From NCBI GenBank assembly GCA_965215275.1, contig OZ244044.1, positions 1,024,001-1,088,000 on the forward strand: a stretch of DNA of 64,000 bases, in the 5' to 3' direction. Below the pieces are notes generated by a model. That model made no database searches. It was not told the DNA's origin and was given only the letters and a program-made list of their open reading frames with translations. A program made the translations under genes and the position numbers. The first letter of the stretch is position 1. Each line of letters opens with the position of its first letter. Positions 1-9,257 of this stretch are shown here, one piece after another. The stretch comes from Thermodesulfobacteriota bacterium (GTDB taxonomy: Bacteria > Desulfobacterota_D > UBA1144 > Nemesobacterales > JAJCZQ01).

Positions 1-156
1 GATTTTAAGGGTCAAACTTACTTGCCTTAACGGTTAAAGTAAAGCAGCAAGGGATCTGTGAGGTTAACGCAGGGTCTTCTGTTTAACTAAGCAGAAATAA
101 ATATGGACCTTATATCTTTATAGTTATTAACTGAGTATGAGACATTATCTATACAC

Positions 157-185
157 TTGACATTCGTTCATAATATAAGTAAAGT
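157..185 (+). promoter_or_regulatory. sigma70-type promoter of pseudo-subtilase gene 1
   Basis: TTGACA (157-162), 17-bp spacer, TAAAGT (180-185), ATG at 194. The CACTTGACATTCGTT(C/T)ATAATA motif recurs upstream of both paralogs. Confidence 0.7.
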
Positions 186-193
186 AAAAAGTT

Positions 194-2781
194 ATGAACA
201 TCTTATTTAGAATAATTTCCCCCCCCCCCTTCTATCTAAGTTAGTAATTCCCTTTTTCTTTCTTCTGTGTTTTGTATCCATTGAGGCATATGGCCAGATT
301 AATAACTGTGACACCAGTACTACCGGTTTCAATGATCCCTTATACGGCTGTCAGTGGCATCTGAAAAATACAGGACAGCTTGGGACTGTAACTACCTCTG
401 GAGAAGATATAAACGTAGAAGGGGTCTGGGATGATAACACATTCGGTGCTGGAATTAACATAGCGGCGGTAGATGACGGTATGCAAACCGGTCACGAGGA
501 CCTTACTGATAATGTAAATACCAGCCTGAATCATGATTATTCAGGGAACAATGACGTATACGACCCTTCAAAAGCTCGTGGAACACATGTAGCAGGCATT
601 ATAGCAGCAGCGGGAGATAACAGCCTTGGAGTAAGAGGCGTAGCACCACAGGCAGGCATCTATAGTTATAACTTAGCTGCTAACTTCAGTAATGCTAACG
701 CAAAAGATGCTATGATCCGTAACAGAGATATAACGGCTGTATCCATCAACAACTGGGGACCGGAAGACACGTCTGTTCTTATAGAGGCTTCATCAGAGTG
801 GGAGGAAGGAGTGGGAATGGGTATAAGAGAATGGTTAGGTGATAAAGGGATATTTTACGTGTGGGCGACTGGAAACAGAGGTGACAACCGCGGTCAGGCT
901 AATTTTGATGAGTATTCCAACTACTACGCAGTAACCACCGTATGTTCGGTGGATGGAGAAGGGAACAAGAGCTCTTTTTCAGAAGAGGGAGTAAATCTGT
1001 GGGTATGTGCTCCAGGTGAAGATATTACAACTACTGATAATAACAATGGATATGTTTTTGATGCGAGTGGAACGGCATATTCAGCAGCGCAGGTTGCAGG
1101 TGTGGCGGCACTGATGAGAGAGGTAAACAGTGACCTTAGCTGGAGGGACCTTAAGCTGATACTTGCAGCTTCAGCTCGTAAGAACGACGCTTCTGACACA
1201 GACTGGGAGACGGGAGCACATAAATACGGTTCTGATACAGAAAGTTATAATTATAATCCCAAGTACGGTTTTGGTGTGGTAGACGCTGAAGCGGCAGTAG
1301 GACTTGCTGAAAGCTGGGCTAGTGTTGGAGGGATGAGAGCCTCGACCATTTCCTCTGGGCCTATTAATATGGCAATCCCCGACCGCACACCTGGAGTAGA
1401 CGGAGAAGCTACTGCCATACTGACCATACCAGATACTTTTCCTTCTTTTACAGAGTTTATAGAGATAGAGATCAGTTTCACTCATCCGTTCTTTCCAGAA
1501 CTGAAAATACAGATAACCTCCCCTGACGGGACTGTGTCGCAACTTACTGAGGAACATTCAAGAGGAGCTTCACACAGCTTTGCTCACACAGACAGAACTC
1601 ATCGTTTTGGTTTAGCCAGGCACCTTGGAGAAGACCCTGCCGGAGAATGGAGTTTGAAAATATCTGACACTTCTATTGGAGATACAGGGACTTTACACTC
1701 ATGGAGCATTAGAGTCTATGGGCATAAGACCGGAAATACAGTGCCAGGCTTTGGCAGTGAGACGATAGATAATAAGGAGTATATAATAACGGGCAGTGCA
1801 ATAACAACAGAGACGCTGCCTGCTGCAACTAACGGAAATGGAACACTAACTTACAGTCTGAAACCTGCATTACCAACTGGACTGGACTTTGATAAAAACA
1901 CCAGAGTGTTAAGTGGAACACCCACTACTGCGACGAGCAGGACTATTTATACATATACAGTTACTGATACAGATAGAGATACGGATGAGTTGACGTTCAG
2001 TATCACTATATCATCTGACACGGAACCGAGCTTCAGCAGTGAGACGATAGATAATAAGGTGTACATTAACGGCATTACAGCAGTAATGGAAATACTGCCT
2101 GAAGCAACGGGAGGGAATGCTCCATTAACTTACAGTTTAAGCAGTGGTTTACCCGCTGGACTGGACTTTGATAAAAACACCAGAGTGTTAAGTGGAACAC
2201 CCAATGTTGGTAATCCAAGTTCACTTCCTATAAGTGTTACTCATACATATACAGTAACGGACGCAAATGGAGATACTGCAGATTTGACGTTCAGTATCAC
2301 TACAGAAGAAGACAGCGACCCGGACTTCAGCGGTGTGACAATTCCTGCTCGGGTGTACACGGGGGGAGAGATAACGCTTCCTGCTGCAACGGGAGGGAAT
2401 CCACCAGTTACTTACAGTATAACACCTCGTTTACCACTTGGATTGAGTTTTAACGGTAACACCAGAAAGATAAGTGGCACACCCACCCGTGCATCATCTG
2501 CTGCTACTTACATGTATACGGCAACGGACAGGAATGGAAACACGGATACATTGGATTTCATGCTCAGTGTAGAGATTTCTTCTGCTCCGCCGCCAACAAG
2601 ACCACCAACAACACGAAGACCAGGAACGTCAGGTACTGATTCAGGCGGAGGTGGAGGAGGATGTGCTGTCTCAGATCAAAACAACTTTGTTCCTGATCTG
2701 CTCGGAGCAGTGGCATGTCTGATACTTATACCTGTATCAGTAGTGCTCAGAAGGAAGAGAAGCAATCCTATAAAAACTTAG
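194..2781 (+). CDS. Secreted S8 (kexin-like) subtilase homolog + P-domain + 3 putative Ig repeats + C-terminal sorting signal; frameshifted at C11 (219-229); catalytic His and Ser substituted
   Basis: The ORF-track frame (481-2781) is open back to 211 and encodes a signal peptide plus DPLYGCQWHLKNTGQ. The ATG194 frame stops at 242-244, and one extra C joins the two frames. Motifs: AAVDDG, ARGTHVAG, SGTAYSAAQVAG, GGGGGGC-TM-RRKR. Confidence 0.85.
219..229 (+). repeat. poly-C (C11) tract, candidate phase-variation switch
   Basis: Lies in codons 9-12 of gene 1. C12 or C9 would restore the frame. Confidence 0.8.
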
Positions 2782-2967
2782 CAACTCAGTCCTTTCAAAG
2801 AAACGTTGAGCTAACTTAGGCCCTTCCGTCAGATATGATCCTGTTAAAAACATCGTCTTTGTTCACTCAGCATAGCTGCCTGTATAATCCCCAGTATTTT
2901 ATCAAGACAGAGGTCCTTTCCTCTTGAAACTTTAAACAACTGATATAGGGTTTTATAATATACGGTC

Positions 2968-4563
2968 ATGAGTATTTCCTTTTTCAGAGAAAAATATCAG
3001 TGGGTAACTAAATTTATCCTTGTGGCGATCGTCGTGAGTTTCATTTTCAGCTTCGGATATTTCGGAGTTTCAAGTCTGCAGTCAGGAGTTCCCACAGGCA
3101 CGGCTGCCAAGGTCAACGGAGAAAAGATACCGCTGGTACGGTTTTATAATGTCAGGGACAATCTGTACAGACAGCTCGGACTCGGACGCAGTGATACAAC
3201 GCCTGAGACAAGAAACTTCCTCAACGTTACAGCACTGCAGCAACTGGTAGAGAACAAACTGCTGGCACAAAAGGCAAGAGAACTTGGTTTTTATGTTTCA
3301 GATGAAGAACTGAGCAGATCAATAATGGATGACCCGGCTTTTCAGATCAACGGGAATTTCATAGGGGCAGAAGCGTACAGAAACACCATAAGACAGGCCT
3401 TGAACATAGACCTTGGAGAGTTTGAAAAAACTTACAGAGAAGAGCTTTTGATCATGAAGCTCAGAGAACTGATCAGAAGTTCAGTAAAGATAAGCGAGGA
3501 TGAACTTTATAATATATACAAGGTCCAGAACGAGAACGTGAGCCTTTACTACGCTGAATTCAGGACCGGAGACTTCACGGACGCTGCATCCATCTCCGAT
3601 GATGAGATCAGAGAACATTATGATAAGAACAGGGAATATTATCTAACGCCTGAAAAAAGAAAAATCAAGTTCGTAAAGGTATCAAGGGAGGACTTTATAA
3701 ACAAGATCCATATAGGGGACGATGATATCAGGTCTTATTATAAATCCTACAGCGACGAATTTAAGGATGAAGACGGGAATTTGAAAAGCATAGATGAGGC
3801 AAGGCCGGAGATATCCGGCAAACTGAAGGCCAAACTGGCGGACAGGGACTACAGAAGTTTTGCACTTCTTCTTTCAAGGAACGAACGACTTAAGCCAGTT
3901 GATAAAATACTGGAGGAAAACGCACTTGGAAGTTCCATGGAGTCGGGGCTTTTTTCCATAGACCAGAATACGGAAGATATTCCACAGGATATACGCAAAC
4001 AGGCGTTCCAGCTTGGAGCCGGAGAAACCTCCTATATCAACTCTGAAGAAAATATATGGGTATTTCAACTGGCCGAGGTTAAACTCCCTGAACAGAGAAC
4101 GCTTGAAGAAGCAAGAACAGATATCGCAGGTACTTTAAGCAGGGTCAAAGGACGTAAAGCCGCAGAAGCCGCCGCAAAGGCAATGTTGAACCTGCTTACC
4201 AAATCCACAGAGTCCTATAAGGACGTGGCAGAAGGGCTGGGCGTCAGCGTTAATGAAACGGCCCCGTTCTCAAGGACCGAACCTCCAGAGGCCCTGGACG
4301 TGGAAGACCTGAAATTCGATGCTTTTTCTCTAAGTAACTCAAGACCACACGGAGAAAAAGTATATCAGAAAGAAGGTTCATACTTTGTGATCTCCCTGAA
4401 GGAGAAGTTCAATATAGCCCCCGAAGAGTTCGAAGAAGAAAAGCCTGAGATAAAAAACACCCAGCTCATACAAAGGGAAAGAGAACTGCTGAACGAATGG
4501 CTTGCCAGGCTCAGAGAAAACGCAGAAGTAATTCCAAATCCAGGTATTTTCAATTCACCTTAA
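2968..4563 (+). CDS. ppiD: PpiD/SurA N-terminal domain membrane-anchored periplasmic chaperone
   Basis: N-terminal TM, AAKVNGEKI, LLAQKARELGFYVSDEEL, PAFQINGNF; typical PpiD layout. Confidence 0.8.
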   Translation: MSISFFREKYQWVTKFILVAIVVSFIFSFGYFGVSSLQSGVPTGTAAKVNGEKIPLVRFYNVRDNLYRQLGLGRSDTTPETRNFLNVTALQQLVENKLLAQKARELGFYVSDEELSRSIMDDPAFQINGNFIGAEAYRNTIRQALNIDLGEFEKTYREELLIMKLRELIRSSVKISEDELYNIYKVQNENVSLYYAEFRTGDFTDAASISDDEIREHYDKNREYYLTPEKRKIKFVKVSREDFINKIHIGDDDIRSYYKSYSDEFKDEDGNLKSIDEARPEISGKLKAKLADRDYRSFALLLSRNERLKPVDKILEENALGSSMESGLFSIDQNTEDIPQDIRKQAFQLGAGETSYINSEENIWVFQLAEVKLPEQRTLEEARTDIAGTLSRVKGRKAAEAAAKAMLNLLTKSTESYKDVAEGLGVSVNETAPFSRTEPPEALDVEDLKFDAFSLSNSRPHGEKVYQKEGSYFVISLKEKFNIAPEEFEEEKPEIKNTQLIQRERELLNEWLARLRENAEVIPNPGIFNSP

Positions 4564-4788
4564 AACCTTTGTTATAGTCCAGCCCTGATATCATCTTTTG
4601 GGAACTATATAGGAAAGTTGACAAAAATGAGGGGATTACCCTGAACGGTTGACAGGCTGTATTTTACCTTTATTATTATCAGTGGGAACTGAATACCGTC
4701 AATTACAGTGAACGGGATAAAAAGAGAATGATCCGTGCGTCCTGAATATCATTGTCATTGCAGGAAAGGAAAGAAAAGGAAATTACAC

Positions 4789-4818
4789 TTGACATTCGTT
4801 CATAATACGAAGTAAAAT
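4789..4818 (+). promoter_or_regulatory. sigma70-type promoter with dyad TTCGT-N7-ACGAA in the spacer
   Basis: TTGACA 4789-4794, TAAAAT 4813-4818, inverted repeat 4795-4811. Confidence 0.65.
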
Positions 4819-4827
4819 ATCAGTGTT

Positions 4828-7800
4828 ATGAAAAATTTCATGAAAAATTCAAACATAAAAACAAAAACACGTAGTTCCATTACCCCCCCCCCGTGTATAC
4901 CTGACCTTTCAGTCTGGTATAAGTGTTTTTTAAGAACAATGTTTAAGATAATCCCCCCCCCATCTAAGTCATTACTAACTTTAGTCTTTATTCTTCTGTT
5001 TATACTGGTAATAGCTGCAAAAGGGCAGAGCAGCCTGGAAGAAACATTATCTGAATGCAGAGGCATCAGTGCAGACACGGAAGATCCGTTATACGGATGT
5101 CAGTGGCATCTGAAGAACACGGGGCAGTTAAGTTTTTCCGGAAATAGAATAACTGCAGGAGAAGATATAAACATAGAGGGGGTGTGGAACGAAGACGTAT
5201 ACGGTACCGGAATTAACGTAGCAATAGTAAGTGACGGTATCGACCTTTCACATGAGGACCTTTCTGCAAACGTCCGTTCCGGACCGAACTATGATCTTTC
5301 TGACAGTTCATCCTTTAGTGGGACAAGAGCGGCAGGAGTAACAGCAGCAACTGGATATAACGGACTGGGAGTAAGAGGAACAGCACCTGGTGCGAGTATA
5401 TACAGTTACAGGTTATCCGGTGATATCAGTGAAGCGGACGCGGTGGTCCGTAATAAGGAAATAACAGCAGTATCGGTTAACGGCCGGGGATCTGAGGACG
5501 GAGCTTTTTTTCAGGAGGCTTCATCTTCCTGGGAAGAAGGAGTGGAACTTGGTATAAAGCAAGGGTTTTACGGTAAAGGGGTGTTTTACGTCCGGGGAGT
5601 AGGGGACGGGCATGAAAGAGGAGATCAGGCTAATTTTAATGAATATTCCAGCTATTACGGAGTAACAGCCGTCTGTTCAACGGACGGCTTTGGAAAGAAG
5701 AGTATTTTTTCAGAAGAGGGAGTAAATCTGTGGGTATGTGCACCTGGTTCTGATATTGTAACTACTGATAACAAAAACGATTACGTTGTAACTTCCGGAA
5801 CATTTCTATCAGCTTCACAGGTTGGAGGAGTGGCAGCACTGCTGAGAGAGATAAACGGGAATCTGAGCTGGAGGGATATAAAGCTTATACTTGCGGGTTC
5901 AGCACGGCAGAACGATTTTTTTGATATGAGCTGGGAGACTGGAGCTGTTAAATACGGTTCTGATACGGAAAGATATAATTCTAATCCTAAGTATGGTTTT
6001 GGCGTGGTAGACGCAGAAGCAGCTGCAGAACTTGCAAAAAGCTGGAAAGGCGTTGGAGAGATGAGGACCATTACAGCTTCTTCAGATAATGAACTGACAA
6101 TTCCTGATGGAGATGGAGAAGCGGACGGGGTCCTTGTTTCCAGACTTATGATACCGGACCTTGAAGAGGTAACATTTACGGAGTTCGTTGAAGCTGAGCT
6201 TGTTCTTTCGTGTGACTGCTTACAGGACCTTAATATACAGATAACCTCTCCTTCCGGGACAGTATCTGAACTTGTGCGGGAGGTTGTAAGGGGATCTTCG
6301 AATGAAGAAGAAAACTGCGTCAGTTACCTGAGAAGAACACATCGTTTCGGGTCGGCAAGACACCTCGGAGAAGACCCTTCCGGAGAATGGATCCTTCATA
6401 TAACTGATACTGCTTATGGAGATGAAGAAAATGAAGAAAACACCGTTACCCTGCACTCATGGAGCGTTAAGGTGTATGGACATTTTTATCAGGGATCTGG
6501 CAGTGAGATCACTCCTAAAGCTTTAACCTTCGGCGGTGCGACGATCCCAACCCAGAATTATTTTGTAGGAGAAGCAATAACACCAGTAATGCTGCCTGAG
6601 GCAACCGGGGCAAGCGACATAACATACAGTTTTAATCCTGCTTTAGCAAGAGGATTGGAATTTGATCAGGATACCCGAACTATAAGCGGAACACCAGCTA
6701 TTACTCATGTGTCAGGTCGTTTGTATTCATATGTTGCAAGAGGTGGCGGACGGATTGTAACTATACCTTTTACTATTAGAATTAGCCCTCGACGAGTGCC
6801 GACCTTCGGCAATCAGACGGTAGAAAATCAGGTTTTTGTTAATGGTTCAGCAGTAACGTTAACTCTGCCTCAGGCTACCGGAGGTAACGGAACTTTAAAT
6901 TACAGTTTAACTAATAGTATAGGTGATCCAATTAAAATTAATGGATTGGATTATAACGAAAACACCAGAACGTTAAGTGGAACGCTCAACGTTTCTCCAA
7001 GTGGATTACCTATAACTCAAACTTATACCTACAAGGTAACTGATGATGACGGTGATTCTGACAGTATTACTTTCTCTATTACTATTACTATAGAAGCGAA
7101 CTCAGAGCCGAGCTTTGGTGGTCAGTCTATCCCAAATCAGATATATATTGAAGGGACTACGGCAAACCTTCCAGTAACACTGCCTGCTGCAACGGGAGGG
7201 AATGGGACTTTAACTTACAGTTTAACCCCTTCATTACCAACTGGATTGAGCTTTGAGCCTGCTACCCGAGTGATAAGTGGAACAGCACCTGATCCTACTC
7301 CGTTTACTTTTAGAACTTTCACATATAAGGTAACGGACAGTGATGGAGATAAAGTTGAGCTGACGTTCATAATACAAATAATAAAAGACACCCAGCCAGC
7401 CTTTAATAATACGATAACAGATAAGGTGTATTATACGTTTACAGGAGTAACGGAAACGTTACCTGAGGCAGCAGAAAATAATAATCTACCTTCAACTTAC
7501 AGTTTAGTTCCTGCATTACCTGATGGACTGATCTTTACCCCTGCTACCAGAGAGATAACAGGAACACCAACTGCTGCAACGTCTGAGACTGATTATACGT
7601 ATACGGTTGCTGATCTAAATGGAGATACGGACGAGTTAACGTTCAGTATTACTGTAAGAGCAGAACCGAACACAATGCCGACCTTCGGAAGTGAAACTAT
7701 AGATAACAAGGTATATATAAACGGAGAAGCAGTAAATGAAACACTGCCTGAAGCAACGTCAGGGAATGCTCCATTAACTTACAGCTTAACTCCTGCCTTA

Positions 7801-8379
7801 CCTGCCGGATTGGATTTTACCCCTGCTACACAAGTTATAAGCGGAACACCGACTACTGCAACGTCTGAGACTGATTACACGTATACAGTAACGGACGCAG
7901 ATAATGATACAGATGAACTGGAGTTCAGTATTACAGTGGAAGAAGACAGCGAACCGGACTTCAGCGTGACGACGATAGAAGATCAGGTGTACATGGGGAG
8001 ATCAATAAGGTTGCCGGTAGCAACGGGAGGGAATGCACCGTTAGTATACAGTATAACGCCTCCCTTACCTCCTGGGTTGAGATTGGACAGAAACACAGGG
8101 ATAATAAGCGGGACGCCCGCGAGTGCGTCGTCTGAGAGGACCTACACGTACACGGTAACGGACAGGAATGGAGACATTAAAGAGTTGACCTTCAGGTTCA
8201 GTGCAGCGGCTCCGCCACCGACAGGTAGTGATTCAGGCGGAGGTGGAGGAGGATGTGCCGTATCAGAGCAAAGCAGCGTTGATGAAGATATTCCTGGAGT
8301 AATGGCATGTCTGATACTTATACCCGTGTCGGTATTGATCAGAAGGAAGGGAAGAGCTCGGATAAGGACCTGGCAATGA
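4828..8379 (+). CDS. S8 subtilase homolog (triad D/H/S all substituted) + P-domain + 6 putative Ig repeats + C-terminal sorting signal; in frame
   Basis: IVSDG, FSGTRAAG, RGVGD, SGTFLSASQVGG; P-domain (HLGEDPSGEW...LHSWSVKVYG); LPxGLxF..TRxISGTP repeats; GGGGGGCAVS-TM-RRKGR. Alternative start ATG 4939. Poly-C tracts at 4883-4892 and 4953-4961. Confidence 0.9.
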   Translation: MKNFMKNSNIKTKTRSSITPPPCIPDLSVWYKCFLRTMFKIIPPPSKSLLTLVFILLFILVIAAKGQSSLEETLSECRGISADTEDPLYGCQWHLKNTGQLSFSGNRITAGEDINIEGVWNEDVYGTGINVAIVSDGIDLSHEDLSANVRSGPNYDLSDSSSFSGTRAAGVTAATGYNGLGVRGTAPGASIYSYRLSGDISEADAVVRNKEITAVSVNGRGSEDGAFFQEASSSWEEGVELGIKQGFYGKGVFYVRGVGDGHERGDQANFNEYSSYYGVTAVCSTDGFGKKSIFSEEGVNLWVCAPGSDIVTTDNKNDYVVTSGTFLSASQVGGVAALLREINGNLSWRDIKLILAGSARQNDFFDMSWETGAVKYGSDTERYNSNPKYGFGVVDAEAAAELAKSWKGVGEMRTITASSDNELTIPDGDGEADGVLVSRLMIPDLEEVTFTEFVEAELVLSCDCLQDLNIQITSPSGTVSELVREVVRGSSNEEENCVSYLRRTHRFGSARHLGEDPSGEWILHITDTAYGDEENEENTVTLHSWSVKVYGHFYQGSGSEITPKALTFGGATIPTQNYFVGEAITPVMLPEATGASDITYSFNPALARGLEFDQDTRTISGTPAITHVSGRLYSYVARGGGRIVTIPFTIRISPRRVPTFGNQTVENQVFVNGSAVTLTLPQATGGNGTLNYSLTNSIGDPIKINGLDYNENTRTLSGTLNVSPSGLPITQTYTYKVTDDDGDSDSITFSITITIEANSEPSFGGQSIPNQIYIEGTTANLPVTLPAATGGNGTLTYSLTPSLPTGLSFEPATRVISGTAPDPTPFTFRTFTYKVTDSDGDKVELTFIIQIIKDTQPAFNNTITDKVYYTFTGVTETLPEAAENNNLPSTYSLVPALPDGLIFTPATREITGTPTAATSETDYTYTVADLNGDTDELTFSITVRAEPNTMPTFGSETIDNKVYINGEAVNETLPEATSGNAPLTYSLTPALPAGLDFTPATQVISGTPTTATSETDYTYTVTDADNDTDELEFSITVEEDSEPDFSVTTIEDQVYMGRSIRLPVATGGNAPLVYSITPPLPPGLRLDRNTGIISGTPASASSERTYTYTVTDRNGDIKELTFRFSAAAPPPTGSDSGGGGGGCAVSEQSSVDEDIPGVMACLILIPVSVLIRRKGRARIRTWQ

Positions 8380-9257
8380 GGTCCTTTCAGGGACGTTCAT
8401 GAGAGAGGACCGCGTAATGGTCCTCCCATGTACCCGTCCGCTTAAGGTAAAGGCAGCGTTACCGCGCACTGGACCGTCCCTGTATTCTGATGAGACGACG
8501 GGAGAAGCAGAGGAAGGCATCAGCACGGGTGATCTTCCGGACGTTCCGTTTACTTAGGTATACCGTTCCCCGTTATAATCCCGTTGTCAGCGTTCCCGGC
8601 AAGATACCTTTACAGGGAAAGGGAGCAGGTAGATATAAAGGCAGGTACACGTCCGGGGATCAGTCCTGAAGGTCTGAAAAGGTTCCGTATCGTGTAATTC
8701 AGCCATGGGGAGGCGTTCACGGTTCCTGGAACGGGAGGAGTTCAACGTCATGGACACGCGGACTTGCCGCTTCGGGGAAAGCGGGGACCCTGACCGAAGA
8801 AGGCAGGGAAGTGATCAGGGTTATACTGACCATGCCGACCGGTCTGAGACAGATAAGGATAAGGTCAGTAAAGGAAAAATAAAAGGTAAACCTCGGGTGA
8901 AACCTGCCGCCGCTGATCATAAAGGAAAAACAACGGGCAATGGATAGATCATCAAGGATGTTTTTAAAAACGGGATAAATCCCGCATAAACGACCTGAAA
9001 AAAACAACTAAATAAGAACTGAACAAAAGGTTTAAATTGGCAGCAGGTCCTAAAGGAGATCATTTTATAAAAGAAGTTAATGATCAAAGAAAATTATGGG
9101 ACCTGTCAACTTTCCTTTATAGTTTCCCATCTTTCATATAAGATGGGAACATTAAAAAGACGGTACAGATTGACACCTTCGTAATATACATATATTATTA
9201 AGGTCAGTGGTTTCTCTAACAGAGTTCTGAGATAAAAACAGGCTTTATCTTTTAGAC

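Larger units (their letters stand above)
4600..9127. mobile_element. Non-autonomous TIR-bounded cassette carrying pseudo-subtilase gene 2
   Basis: Left end GGGAACTATATAGGAAAGTTGACA (4600-4623) vs reverse complement of 9104-9127 GGAAACTATAAAGGAAAGTTGACA (22/24). Flanks CATCTTTT (4592-4599) and CATCTTTC (9128-9135) form an 8-bp TSD (7/8). No transposase inside. Confidence 0.75.

Noticed and set aside
105..2916. Complete TIR pair plus TSD around gene 1 using GGACCTTATATC at 105
   Set aside because: Weak match to the right-end candidates (2881-2892 or 2901-2916) and no flanking duplication. The true left end may lie outside the window.
8705..9007. Short ORFs 8705-8947 (+) and 8717-9007 (-)
   Set aside because: No recognisable family or RBS; they lie in apparently decayed DNA.
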